NCBI GenBank assembly: GCA_030390025.1
Contig: CM059431.1
Location: forward strand, 103,976,001 to 104,040,000
DNA length: 64,000 nt
DNA from: Squalus acanthias
Taxonomy: Eukaryota
Direction of reading: 5' to 3'
Part shown: positions 48,519 to 61,244 of the stretch, piece by piece
How the letters are laid out: each line of letters begins with the position of its first letter
Position numbering within the stretch: the first letter of the stretch is position 1
Made by a program: the position numbers and the translations under genes
The notes under the pieces: model-generated
Seen by the model: only the letters and a program-made list of their open reading frames with translations
Database searches by the model: none
What the model was told of the DNA's origin: nothing

Positions 48519-51068
48519 AACAGCAGCAACTTGCATTTATACAGCGGCATTAACGGAGCAAAGCATCCCGCGGCGCTTCACAGGAGCGATTATCAGACAA
48601 GTTTGACACCGAGCCACATAAGGAGATATTAGGACAGGAGAGGCAGGCTTTAAGGAGCGTCTTAAAGGAGGAAAGAGAGGTGGAGAGGGAGAGAGGCTGA
48701 GGGAGGGAATTCCAGAGTTTCTTCTTCTTAGGCAGCCCCTCGGAACCGAGGATGACTTGCTTCCACACTAAAAATGAGTTCTCAGGTGACTGATGAGTCC
48801 AATGTGGGACCTACAGTCTCTGTCACAGGTGGGGCAGACGGTGGTTGAAGGGGCGGGTGGGTATGGTGCTTGGGTTGACCTGCGACCCTTCCGCTGTTTG
48901 TGCTTGGCTTCCGCTTGCTCCCGGCGAAGAGACTCGAGGTGTTCGGCGCCTTCCCGGATGCTTCTCCTCCACTTTGTGTGGTCTTGGGCCAGGGATTCCC
49001 AGGTGTCGGTGGGGATGTTGCACTTTTTCAAGGAGGCTTTGAGGGTGTCCTTGAAGCGTTTCCTCTGTCCACCTGGGGCTCTCTTGCTGTGTCGGAGCTC
49101 CGAGTAGAGCGCTTGTTTTGGGAGTCTCGTATCGGGCATGCGGACGATGTGACCCATCCATCGGAGCTCATCAAGCGTGGTCAAAGCTTCGATGCTGGGG
49201 ATGTTGGCCTGAGCGAGAACATTGATGTTGCTGCACCTATCCTGCCAATGGATTTGCAGGATCTTGCGGAGGCAGCGTTGGTGGTACCTCTCCAGTGCTT
49301 TGAGGTGCCTACTGTACATGGTCCATGTCTCTGAAGCATATTGCAGGGAGGGTATCACTACTGTTCTCTAGACCATGAGCTTGTTTCTAGGTTTGAGGTT
49401 CTGGTCTTCAAACACTCTCTTCCTCAGGTGACCGAAGGCTGTACTAGCACACTGAAGGCGGTGTTGTACTTCGTCATCGATGTCTGCCCCTGTGGACACC
49501 AGGCTCCTGAGGTATGGAAAGTGATCCACGTTGTCCAAGGCCTTGTCGTGGATTTTGATAATCGGGGAGCAGTACTGTGTGGCGGGGGCAGGTTGGTAGA
49601 GGACTTTTGTCTTACGGATGTTTAGTGTAAGGCCCATGCTCTCGTACGCTTCGGTGAAGGTGTTGACGATGGTTAGGAGTTCGACCTCCGAGTGAGCGCA
49701 GATGCAAGCGTCGTCTGCATACTGTAATTCGATGACAGAGGATGGGACGACCTTGGATCTGGACTGGAGGCGATGGAGGTTGAAGAGTTTCCCGTTTGTT
49801 CTGTAGTTTAGCTCCACTCCAGCGGGGAGCTTACTGAGGGTGAGATGGAGCATTGCAGCCAGGAAGATTGAGAAGAGCGTTGGTGTGATGACACAGCCTT
49901 GCTTGACCCCGGTTCATACGTGAATTGGGTCTGTGGTGGATCCATTGGTCAGGATCACGGCTTGCATGTCGTCGTGAAGCAGGCGGAGGATGGTGACAAA
50001 CTTTTGAGGGCAGCCGAATTTGAGGAGAACACTCCATAATCCCTCACGGTTGATGGTGTCGAAGGCCTTTGTGAGGTCAAAGAAGGCCATGTACAGCGGT
50101 TGGTGCTGTTCCCTGCATTTCTCTTGTAGTTGACGTGCGGTGAAGATCATGTCCATTGTGCCCCTTAGTGGGCGGAATCCGCATTGCGACTCTGGGAGGA
50201 GCTCTTCAGCCACTGGGAGAAGGCGATTGAGGAGGATTCTTGCAATGACTTTCCCTGTGGCAGACAGCAGGGAGACTCCTCTGTAATTACCGCAATCGGA
50301 CTTGTCACCTTTCTTGAAGATGGTCATGATTATGGCGCCTCTGAGATCCCCTGGCATGCTCTCCTCCTTCCAAATAAGAGAAATTAGTTCATGTATTCAC
50401 GCCAATAGTGCTTCTCCGCCATGTTTTAGCGCCTCAACAGGGATTCCATCTGCTCCTGAGGCCTTGTTGTTCTTCAGCTGTCAGATGGCTTTTTCAAACT
50501 CATGCCGGGCTGGAGTTGTGCTGAGATGGTGGCGGGTAGCATGCTGCAGGATGGAGTTGAGGACACTCACATCAAAGACAGAGTCTCGGTTGAGGAGATC
50601 TTCGAAGTGCTCCTTCCAGCGGGCACAGACTGCCTCTCTGTCCTTGATGAGTACCTCTCTGTTCTTGACCTGCAGTGGGGTAGGACCTTGGGTGCTTGGG
50701 CCGTAGGTGGTCTTGACTGCGCTGAAGAATCCACGCACGTCGTGGTTGTCGGCTAACTGCTAGCTCTCTTGCGCTTTCTCCACCCACCATCTGTTCTTTA
50801 GGTCATGAGTTTTTTGTTGGACCTCGGCCTTCAGGCGTCTGTAGAGCTGCTTTCTTGCTCTCGAGTTGTGTTGCTGTTTCCAGATCAGGAATGCCTTGCG
50901 CTTGCGGCTTATTAGCTCCTGGATCTCCTGGTCGTCCTCGTTAGGGCCGAGGCAGCTGAAGGCACGGCCGCCAATGGTGGAGCGATGAAAATCGGGGATG
51001 TGCAAGAGGCCAGAATAGGAGGAGTGCAGAGATCTCGGAGGGTTGTAGAGCTGGGGGAGGTTACAGTG
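48519..51068 (-). mobile_element. L2 3' fragment split by an RTE (pieces 48519-48719 and 50941-51068)
   Basis: GGAATTCCAGAG | TTAGGGCC are contiguous in uninterrupted L2 copies such as the one at ~11590. Confidence 0.8.
48720..50940 (-). mobile_element. RTE-clade LINE, 5'-truncated, same family as 7104
   Basis: KKGDKSDCGNYRGVSLL, ESQCGFR, FFDLTKAFD, QYADD, C-terminal CPTCDRDCRSHIGLISHLRTH zinc finger; (AGA)n tail. Confidence 0.95.
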
Positions 51069-51139
51069 AGGCTGCATTAATATTTTTCCCAAGTGTCTTT
51101 CACAATACACTATGCATTTATCCCGCAACCAACCACCTC

Positions 51140-51325
51140 AAACAGATAATCAGGTCATTTATTTTCTTGCTGTTTGTGGGAGCTTGCTGTGCGCATATTG
51201 GCTGTCACGTTCTACATTACAACAGTGACTAGACTTCAAACGTACTTCATTGGCTGTGAAGCGCTTTGGGACGTCCTGATGCCGTGAAAGGCACTGTATT
51301 AAAAATCCAAGTTTGTTCTTTTCTT
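51140..51325 (+). mobile_element. Deu-SINE 3' fragment
   Basis: GCTGTTTGTGGGAGCTTGCTGTGCG...TTGGCTGTGAAGCGCTTTGGGACG. Confidence 0.75.
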
Positions 51326-51829
51326 TTTAAACCTTCTTCTGAAAAGACTCTCTTTTAAAGTGAATGCTCGTGGGAATCAAAGTGGAAGTTCCCAGACTCC
51401 GAGCTCTCTCAGTCAACCTCGGTAAGAAAGAGCACAGACTCGGTAACTTCAAGGGACTAGCTGGGTAGCACAGACAAGAAAGGCCAATTTGATTCTGATC
51501 TGCACTGTGTTAGCAGGCAGTAGTTAGGAGGGCTACAGAGAGGCTGCTACTATTGACTGGAGGGTGACTGTCGCTCTTATGAAACCATTTCCCAGCAGGG
51601 ACCCCCACGGCTTGGGAAAAGGAATAAAAATCGGTAATGTGGTCAGCGGTCAAAACAATTAATTGATCTCAGTTTGATGGCAGTAAGCTTACTTTAATTA
51701 GCCTTCATGTCCTTAGGAAACGGAGGAAAGAGAGAAGTATGAAGCCAGGCTTTCCAATTCTGACTGCATTCCTGTGATCACTGCTGGAAACTGTATGTGT
51801 ACGTGTATGTGTAAGTGGAGTCAGGATTA

Positions 51830-52752
51830 GAAAGAAAGAAAGACTGGGATGGCAGGAATGATGTATGAAGAGAGATTGGGTCGATTAGGCTTATATTCGC
51901 TAGAGTTTAGAAGAATGAGAGGGGATCTCATTGAAATTTATGAAATTCTAACAGGACTAGACAGACTAGATGCAGGAAGGATGTTCCCGATGGCGGGGGA
52001 GTCCAGAACCAGGGGTCACAGTCTAAGGATAAGGGGTAAGCCATTTAGGACTGAGATGAGGAGGAATTTCTTCACCCAGAGAGTGGTGAACCTGTGGAAT
52101 TCTCTACCACAGAAGGCAGTTGAGGCCAATTCATTAAATATATTCAAGAAGGAGATAGATATATTTCTTAAGGCTAAAGGGATCAAGGGATATGGGGAGA
52201 AAGCAGGGACAGGGTACTGAATTTGGATAATCAGCTATGATCTCATTAAATGGCAGAGCAGGCTCGAGGGGACGAATGGCCTACTCCTGCTCCTATCTTC
52301 TATGTTTCTATACTTTCACGACCACCGGACGTCTCAAAGCGCTTTACAGCCGATGAAGTACTTTTGAAGTGGAGTCACTGTTGTAATGTGGGAAACGCAG
52401 CAGCCAATTTGCGCACAGCAAGCTCCCACAAACAGCAATGTGATAATGACCAGATAACCTGTTTTTTTGTTATGTTGATTGAGGGATAAATATTGGCCCC
52501 AGGACATCGGGGATAACTCACCTGCTCTTCTTCCAAATAGTGCCGCGGGATCTTTTACGTCCACTGGAGAGAGCAGATGGGGCCTCGGTTTAATGTCTCA
52601 TCTGAAAGATGGCACCTCCGACAATGCAGCGCTCCCTCAGCACTGCACTGGGAGCGTCAGCTTGGATTTTGGTGCTCAAGTTCCTGGAGTGGGACTTGAA
52701 CCCACAACCTGCTGACGCAGAGGCGAGAGGGCGACCCACTGAGCCACGGCTG
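51830..52752 (-). mobile_element. Deu-SINE whose tail is interrupted by a CR1
   Basis: (AAAG)n-ACT at 51830-51845; body resumes at ~52312 and runs to the tRNA head at 52752. Confidence 0.82.
51845..52310 (+). mobile_element. CR1 3' end, close to the 24252 copy
   Basis: MAGMMYEERLGRLGLYSLEFRRMRGDL...GYGEKAGTGY. Confidence 0.92.
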
Positions 52753-53052
52753 CTTTCACAGTTTAGTCTCTGATATGAAGGATGACCGCTCGGGGGAGGT
52801 ACCTGAGTGATGCTGGTGTGTGTGTGTGTGGTACTGTAACCCCGGATAAACCATGTCACTCAAGAGGAGACGAAAACATTCGAAAACAACTGCATTTCCA
52901 TTTTATCACCTGACTCAGGTCGTCAGAAGACTGAGTGTGCCTGATGGGCGAGATTGGATAAAAACAAATCTAATCCCCAAAAATGTCGATTTTGTTTTGA
53001 GCTAAATCAATCCCCAAAGAGCGAGTGGAATCCTGGTATCATAACCTAAATA

Positions 53053-53407
53053 CAGGAAACTCTTTATTAACCGGCACCGACGGGACCGGCGTGGTGCCGG
53101 TTTATCGAAAGTACCGGATAACGGAGAGTTATATCTACCGTGGCTATTTTTAACAAAGAGACTCCAGGCAGCGCGGGAGAATCAACTCCTGCTACTGCAG
53201 TGTTTCGGACTTCCGACAGCGCCAGGAGGCCGAGTAGTGGCACTTTTGAAAACTACCCCTACTGACTAAATCGGCGTTCGCGGACTCGGACTCGGACTCG
53301 GGATCGGCAACATTGCCGGTTATTTGAGAGGAGTTTTCGGAGGATGATTTTTGCCGGTTAAGCGAGAATTCCGGATATTTGGGTGCCGGATAAACAAAAG
53401 TTTCCTG
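53053..53407. mobile_element. Tc1/mariner-pogo (Tigger-like) MITE, 355 bp
   Basis: TA|CAGGAAACTCTTTATTAACCGGCACC ... GGTGCCGGATAAACAAAAGTTTCCTG|TA; ~26-bp imperfect TIRs, TA TSD. Confidence 0.82.
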
Positions 53408-53624
53408 TATATAAGATTAGGTTTATGATGAATTAGCAAGAGTCTGCATTTCTCCAATATTGGAGGGGAAGAAGCAGGGCATAGAAGAGTGGTCCTGCTT
53501 CTTTTCAGTTCGATATTCCCCCTTCTCTTTGCCCGGTTAAAGAACTACTTGTGTGTTGGTATAGAAAGGCAGATGATATCCATAAGGCACACAATTGTAG
53601 GTAGTAGCACCTTTGCCAACTATT

Positions 53625-53750
53625 GGGTCGTATTTTCCGACCCCCACGGGTACATACGAGGTGTACACGTGCCCATAGGGGCCGGGCTGAAACTCGGCAC
53701 TTGCGATCTGTCAAGATTTCTCTTGACAGATCCTCCGCATGCGCAGGAGA
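53625..53750. mobile_element. Family-A MITE left-end fragment
   Basis: GGGTCGTATTTTCCGACCCC...CGGCACTTGCGATCTGTCAAGATTTCTCTTGACAGA. Confidence 0.65.
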
Positions 53751-53974
53751 GGTAGCACTACCAGCACAGAGTTCCAATAATTTCTCAACTGCTTGATTTG
53801 AGGTACGTCCGAAACAGCTGCGACAAGTAAACGCAGGCGTACAGCCGGCATTCTACCTGAAGAAGCTGCAGGAAGAAGACTTTTTTTTAGCAGGGGGGCT
53901 GGGAAACGGAAAATTTTTAACTGTGAAAGTGAGCAAAGTTTTTCTTACTAATTAAAGGGAAGAAAAGTCTGCAT

Positions 53975-54190
53975 CAACAACTTGCGTCTTTAAAGTAGAA
54001 AAAACATCCCAAGGCACGAATGAAAGTGTGGGCGTCGAACCAAAGATGGAGATATTAGGAGGGGTGATGAACAGCTTGGTCAAAGAGGTGGGTTTTTAAG
54101 GAAGGTCTTAAAGGAGGAAAAGGAGCTGGAGGTGCTTCGGGAGAAAATTCCAGAGCTTGGCACCTCGGCAGCTGGTGGCTTGGCCGCCAT
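53975..54190 (-). mobile_element. Old L2 3' fragment
   Basis: GGAGATATTAGG...CTTAAAGGAGG...TTCCAGAGCTT. Confidence 0.6.
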
Positions 54191-55081
54191 GTCTGATTTG
54201 TATAATTTCAATCCACTTTTAGAAAATATTCTTTCTTTTCCGGACTGACATTTCACGTCGCTGCTTCCTCCCAGAGCTGTATCTTCTGGCAATGTCTGGC
54301 ATCGTCCTTCTCAAATCACGGTAAAGGCCACACTATCTTAGCAAAAACACGCCCTCTATGATTTCTGTGCTGTTAAAGATTGCAATTTTTTCCATTAGCA
54401 CATCTGGATTGCCACCACATGGTGGCTTGTAGGGGTCAGGAGTTTTATTGCCTCCTCTTTTAAGGTGCTAAACTGTGATTATCACGGATGAGTGGTGACT
54501 CGGTGTCGATTTACAGGTGGCAACAACTGAAATTGCTGCTGATCGAAAAAATGCCACACTCCTCCCCAAGGACAGCGAGTGCGCAAAAAAGAACATTCAG
54601 CATTAGGGGTCTTACAACCCACCTGACAGAAAAACCGACCCTTAAGTTTTATATGTAACTTAACGTGAAAGTTGTTGTAGCTACGCCACTTGACTACATG
54701 ACTTAAAAAACTTAATCCTGGGGAATAAAAATAATTTGGAAATTACAAACAACAGAATAGAAATAAAAACAAACATTTATATGTTTCAAGAAATATAATT
54801 GTCAATTTTACCCACTGTATAGCACAACAAATTAAATGTAGTAGCAATCTTAGCTATAAAAAAATAACGATTTCACACTGGAAATCCAGCTATTTAACTG
54901 ACTATGTTAAGCTTTAGGCTGGTATAAAAATAAACTTATCTATATACTTGTGGTTTCTCAAAATTGTGGAATGAAACCGAGAGTCAGAAAAACAGCCGAT
55001 TAAATGAACTATGTCGACAGAGTCTGAAATCATCTTAGTACCCAATATTTGGTCGACAACTGAATAACTTTGATATCACTT

Positions 55082-55500
55082 ACATAGAATCATAGGAGCA
55101 GGAGTAGGCCATTCGGCCCTTCGAGCCTGCTCCGCCATTCAATATGATCATGGCTGATCCTCCATCTCAATACCATATTCCTGCTCTGTCCCCACACCCC
55201 TTGATGCCTTTTGTGTCTAGAAATCTATCTATCTCCTTCTTAAATATATTCAGTGACTTGGCCTCCACAGCCTTCTGCGGTAGAGAATTCCACAGGTTCA
55301 CCACCCTCTGAGTGAAGAAATTTCTCCTCATCTCAGTCCTAAATGTCCTACCCTGTATCCTGAGACTGTGACCCCTCGTTCTAGACCCCCCCCCCCAGCC
55401 AGGGGAAACATCCTCCCTGCATCCAGTCTGTCTCGCCCTGTCAGAATTTTATACATTTCAATGAGATCCCCTCTCATTCTTCTAAACTCTAGTGAATAGT
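55082..55500 (-). mobile_element. CR1 3' end
   Basis: YSLEFRRMRGDLIEMYKIL; CR1 3' UTR hairpin region. Confidence 0.88.
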
Positions 55501-55835
55501 TACCGATGGTTAGATTTAATCGTTCACAGCTACAGGCATCTGTGAAAACGTTATGATTATCTTCTACAACACAAACTTCCAGTAAAACTGCCAATAAAGT
55601 GATTACAATGAGATAGAATTTTCAGTCTGTCTGGTGTAACCAATTCAAGGGACACATTCCCCATGCAAATGTGCCTTGCAAGGTGCCTAAGGTTTGAGAA
55701 AGCCACGCATGGTGCCCTCATCAATGTTGGACTCACTTCACCAATTGCACCAATTTCTTCAAAGATGTGCGTTAGAAGAAATTGTGCTGCAGCAAATATC
55801 GCATCATTTGTTGCAACATCCCACCCCACTTATTT

Positions 55836-57549
55836 CCCAGAATGGTTCCGGGATGGGGGATCTTGGCTACAAGGACAGGTTGGAGAAGCTGGATTTGTTT
55901 TCATTAGAACAAAGGAGGTTGAGGGGTGATTTGATAGAGGTGTACAAGATTATGACGGGTTTGGATAGGCTAGACGGGGAAAGGCTGTTCCCACTAGTTG
56001 ATGGTACAAGGACTAGGGGACACAGATCTAAGGTTTTGGGCAAGAGATACAGGGGGGATGTGAGGAAAAACTTTTTTACGCAGCGAGTGGTGAGGACCTG
56101 GAACTTGAAGGGATAATTACTAGTCCTAGCCCCTTTAGAACTACCCCGGATCAGGCGTATTCCCCAGACGTTCACTTTCAACTAAAGTTTGAGGTAGCCG
56201 AATCCTAAAGACGCTTAATTGGGTCTCAAGGTCCAGACTATCTCCCCCTAAAGGAAAGGAACAACCTGAAGATGTTACCATCCTCCAGATAGCACTTTTA
56301 ATAAGTTTAGCTAGACTGTAACATTCCGGATATTATGAGGGACCGGAAAACTCCCCCAGAATTCTGCAACTCCTTACCAAAGAGCGTACAGAGATTGAGT
56401 TTGCAAGTTTGATACAGAAGTACTATGTGAGACAATTCTAAAAATATACAGATTTATTAAAGAACCAACATGCAGTTTACAGTTGGTGATTGAATTGCAA
56501 CATTAACAGTTCCAAATACAAAAATCTTACAATTCTATTATCAGAGATCCTTATTCTCAAATCTTAACTTTGTTAGTTTTACAGTTCTTAGTTTATTCCA
56601 GGAAATCCACCAAATTCAAATACAAGTACCTTGATCCCCGAGATACAAAGTGTTGAAGACTTACAGAGCTAGCTCTGAAGCCGAGAATCGCTTTGCCCCT
56701 TTACAGCGAATCTATCATCCCATTTGAAAGTTCAATTTCTATACCCTTTCGCAGTGGTATTTCCTTTGAAGTTTTCTGCTGATGTAAGCTTATTATCTCT
56801 AGTAATTTTTCTGCTGACCCCTGCCATTCTTACAGTCAGTTCAGCTGGTAGCATTAAGAATTATGTCTCTACCTTTAGGTGTTTGGAGCTTATCATAAAA
56901 ATGGTGTGGAGCAGGTGCATCTATTTGATGCCATTCTTACCAAAGTCTTCCATGCAATTCTTAAGCCACCTCAGCTGGTTGCAACACAGAATCGTGTCTT
57001 CTAGGTGTTCCAAGTTCAACACAAAAACAATGTGACGGCTGGTGCCTCCCCCACTTGATGCCATTCCCACGAAGGCATATGTTTCTTAATGTTCTGTGTT
57101 TGTTTACAAAGTGTACTTTAGAACACCTTAACCGGGTGTACTATTGTCTTTTTTCCAAAGACTCAGACGTCAGGAGCCTCCAACCTTCTGTTTCAACAAC
57201 GCTATTGATTCAGTGTCAACAACTTATCTTATCTCAATAGCCTGTATGCTGTTTACAGCTTTAGATTGTTGAGGCTTCCAGATTTCCAAACCCAGTTTGT
57301 CATGTTACAAAGGCCAGAATTATTTCATAGAATGGTGTATTTTTCTGAATATCCCTTATTGCCGACGGAAGTGGTGGACCGAAGACAATCAATGTTTTCA
57401 AGGGGAGACTGGATAGGTACTTGAGGGAAATAAACTTCCAGGGCTATGGGGATAGAGCGGTGGAATGAGACTGACTGGATTGCTCTACAGAGAGCCGGCA
57501 CAGACTCGATGGGCCAAAATGGCCTCCTTCTGTGCCGTTATGACTCTAT
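55836..57549 (+). mobile_element. CR1 3' end split by an LTR-like insertion (same subfamily as 21060)
   Basis: YKDRLEKLDLFSLEQRRL...RTWN breaks at 56105 and resumes TGCCGACGGAAGTGGTGG at ~57360. Confidence 0.88.
56106..57358 (-). mobile_element. Putative solo LTR, ~1.25 kb
   Basis: Inverted termini TGAAGGGATA / TATCCCTT-A; sequence not seen elsewhere in the window, cleanly splitting a CR1; minus-strand AATAAA at ~56455; TSD not recoverable. Confidence 0.6.
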
Positions 57550-58446
57550 GGGGGAAAAATTCAGTTGGATTGCACCTCCCATTAGCGCCTTAAGAGGGCG
57601 CTAATGGGGCGCAAAAGCAACTAGCGCCCGTGCATGGCGATCTTTGCGCCTCTCACAAAATTAACTAGACATTTTGCGGCGGCGCTAAACACTACCGCCA
57701 CGATCTCCTGCGCCGGCCGATCGTGACGTCAGTCGAGAGTGCAACGCCCCGGTAGTGCCCCAGACCGGATATTGAGTGGCGCCCCCTGTCTTACCGCCTG
57801 CCGCTAGCAACGACAGGTTGAGGGGAGCGTTTTGCAGTCAGGAAGGGACTGGGGGAGCGCTATTTAAAGGCGACCGCTTCCTGCTTTTTTTTGTCGGCGA
57901 TATTTTTGCACCACTCATTCTGAGTGAGAGAGAGAGACTGCAGGAGATATTCAAAGCTGTGTTGAGGAGTTTTGGGTACTGAGCAGCACTTTGCAGGTTC
58001 TTTCTGGTTTGATCTTCCTTGCATCGATTTAGAAGAGAATATGGGGGCTGCACTCTGAGCTCTTTCCCTGGGCCTCTCCATTGTTCTTTCCAACAGATTT
58101 GATGTACAGGTCTCTCCATGCCAAGATTCAAGGCTGCAATGAGCAGGGTGTGGATGTAGAGCAAGATCGACCCCCCCCCCCCTTTAAGAACTGGCCGGCG
58201 CCAGTGTGTCTGTGTTCCATTGCTGACTGACATCACATGAGCTTCGCCAGCACTCTGAGGTAGCGCCTCGCTCCTCGGCCTTTGCGCCTTAAGACAGGTG
58301 TGCAGCGCCTGATTTAGCGCTCCAATCACCTCCAGGGACGATAAAAGTCAAGTTTGCAGTCGGAGGCGATAATTAGCGCCAGGTGCTAAACTTTGCGCAC
58401 GGCCGATAATGGCGCCCCAAACGGAGCGATACTGAATTTTCCCCCC
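57550..58446. mobile_element. Family-B TIR element inserted in a CR1 tandem tail
   Basis: 16-bp TIRs GGGGGAAAAATTCAGT / ACTGAATTTTCCCCCC; (ATGACTCT)n tail on both sides. Confidence 0.78.
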
Positions 58447-58607
58447 ATGACTCTATGAACTAGCCCCAGGAACCAACATTGCAGACGTATTGCATGAAGC
58501 TATTCCATGAGCTGAAAGCAACAATAGCTCTCAACATGCTGACAATACTCTGTCGCAAATTTAATTTTTGACAGCTTAACTTTTGTGTTTCTTGTACAGT
58601 AAGCCAC

Positions 58608-59192
58608 TCATAGAATCATAGAATGGTATAGCGCAGAAGGGGTCTATTCGGCCCATCGTGCTCTTTGAAAGAGCTCTCCAATTAGTCACACTCCTTTGCT
58701 CTTTCCCCATAGCCCTGCAAATTTTTCCACTTCAAGTATTTGTCCAATTCCCTTTTGAAAGTTGCGACAGAATCAGCTTCCATCACCCTTTCAGGCAGCA
58801 CATTTTAGATCATAACAAATCGCTGCGTAAAAATGTTTTTCCTCATGTTGCCTCTGGTTCTTTCGCCCATTACCCAAAATCTGTGTCCTCTGGTTACCAA
58901 CCCTTCTGCCACTGGAAACAGTTTCTCCTTATTTACTCTATCAAAACCCTTCAATGATTTTGAACCCCTCTGTTAAATCTCCCCTTAACCTTCTCTGCTC
59001 TAAGGAGAACAACCCCAGCTTCTCTAGTCCCTCCACGTAACTGAAGTCTTTCATTCCCTGGTACCATTCTAGTAAATCTTCCTCTGCACCCTCTCCAAGG
59101 CCTTGACATCCTTCCTAAAGTGTGGTGCCCAGAATTGGTCACAATGCTCCAGCTGGGGCCTAACCAGAGATTTATAAAGGTTCAGCATAACA
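58608..59192 (-). mobile_element. CR1 3' portion, degenerate
   Basis: Homologous to 36648-37240; CATAGAAT tail. Confidence 0.85.
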
Positions 59193-59602
59193 ATATTAAT
59201 AAGCACTCTAATAATCTTTAATGTGGTGTAACATCTGTTATAACATGTTGTTTATGGTTCTGTACTAATACAAAATCACCATGAATCATCCTGCTAGCAA
59301 GTTGTCTTCTTTATACCATCTGTTTTCAACAACTGCTAAAGACTGTGTCTACTCTTGTGGTCCCCCCTCAAAATTAATGGCCTGTTTCTAGTATTTACAG
59401 TGTGTTATGAATAATTAGATTTGTTGTTTCCAGCAAACCTTTGGAAATGCTACTCCAGAATAAATAACTAATTACAATAGTCAATCCCTTGGCCTTACTG
59501 TGCCAAGAATGCACTGGCGTAGTGCAATTTAATGGTCTAAAGTCCCCGGCATTGGTTCCCTATAAAGCTCCATGCCACATTTGTGCCTGACCAGTTGATA
59601 AC

Positions 59603-61082
59603 GGCCTGTATTTTCCGACCCCACCACAGGCGCGTACGAGGTGCGTACGCACCCGTAGGGGCCTCGCATGTGCCGGTTTCAGGCACAGCGAAGTGCACGC
59701 GCTGAAACCCGGCACTTGCGATCTGTCAAGGACAGATCATCCGCCTGCCCGGGAGACGGGTCTCTGCGGGCGGAGAGTTCCGCTTTCTGCACAACTTCCG
59801 CCCAATGAAAGGCCGTGGAATTCTTACGGCCGGTAAAAGCAGGAGTAAGGCCCGCTTTTAACCAGCTTAAGAGTGTGAAAAATAGAAAAATGAAATTCAA
59901 TAACTCATTTATAACTTAAAAATATTCTTCGAAAAGGTAAGTTTATTTTTAGTCCTGTAAAAATATTTTGATTTTTAAAAAAATATTTAATTAAATGGAA
60001 TTTTAATAAATATTAATTATGTAATGTTTTTTAATTTAAAAAAATGTTTTAGTGTGTTTTTAAATGTGACCCCCATTCATACTTTTGACAGATCTGTGCG
60101 TAGAGACCTGTCAAAAGTGTGAAGGGGGATTCCCTTCTTTGATTGGTTCCCCATGGCCCACGTGATCCCAGGGGCGCAAACGGTTCGCAAGCGCCCCTGG
60201 GATACCTGGGCCTCTGCGCATTTCCAACAGGAGATGTCCAGGATTGCAAGTCTTGGGATCTACGGAACCAGCAGGTAGATTCGTAGATTTTCTTTTCCGA
60301 TCGGAGGCATCCGCCCGCAGGAAGCTTCCGATCGCCTCCCTAGCTTCCCGCGGGTGTAAGCATCGTGCGCGCACCTACCTACCGTGCCTGCCGTTGACCT
60401 CTGGGCCCACGGGGACTTCAGCTCCTGGGCCTCCTGCAGCTGCCGGCGCGCAGTGCTTGTGTATCCCAGGGGCGCAGTTAGTGCGATGCATCCCCTGGGA
60501 TCACGTGGGCCATGGAGAGCCAATGGCAGCAGACCATCTTTCATTCATAGATTTGACAGGAAGACCTGTCAAATCTATGAATTGAAATCGGCCCCAAAAC
60601 ACCTAAACTTCAAATAATTTTTTTAAAAAACCATCACATTTTTAAAATAACTATAAGTTAAATAAATTAACTACTTTAAACAAAAATTTTAATTTTTGAA
60701 AAAATTAAAATACTTTTTAACAGTGCTAAAAATAAACTTACCTTTCTTTAAAGTATCTAAAAAAGATAAACCTGTTGAAAATTTTTTTAAATTGTAATTA
60801 ATTAACCACTTACCTTGTTAAAAACGGGTCTTGCGCCTCCTTTTTACAAGCGCAGCTTTTTCATACTTACCTTCCCGGAGAAACCTAAAAAAAAGCCTAA
60901 GTTCGCTGCGTGCGCGCAGCCTCTCCCGCGCACGCGGTTCACCTCTGAACTCCTCCCTTCACCAGACCGGAAGTTCCGGTTTCCCACGCATGCGCAGTGC
61001 ATGCAGGAAACCGTCACTTCAGGAGGCCTTACGGGTGAGTACACAGCGCGTACTCACCCGGGAAGGGCCGAATTTTTGGCCC
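59603..61082. mobile_element. Composite of two family-A-like elements joined in inverted orientation
   Basis: Outer ends GGCCTGTATTTTCCG / CCGAATTTTTGGCCC; internal blocks mirrored about ~60330. Confidence 0.7.
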
Positions 61083-61134
61083 TATATTATTTTCCAGGCT
61101 CCTTTATTATGAAGTTGCTGTTAAAGAAAGACTT

Positions 61135-61240
61135 ATAAGAACATAAGAACATAAGAAATAGGAGCAGGAGTAGGCCAATCGGCCCATCGAGCCTGCTCCG
61201 CCATTCAATAAGATCATGGCTGATCTGATCCTAACCGCCA
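61135..61240 (-). mobile_element. CR1 3' UTR tip
   Basis: (CATAAGAA)n followed by GGAGCAGGAGTAGGCCAATCGG. Confidence 0.8.
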
Positions 61241-61244
61241 ATCT

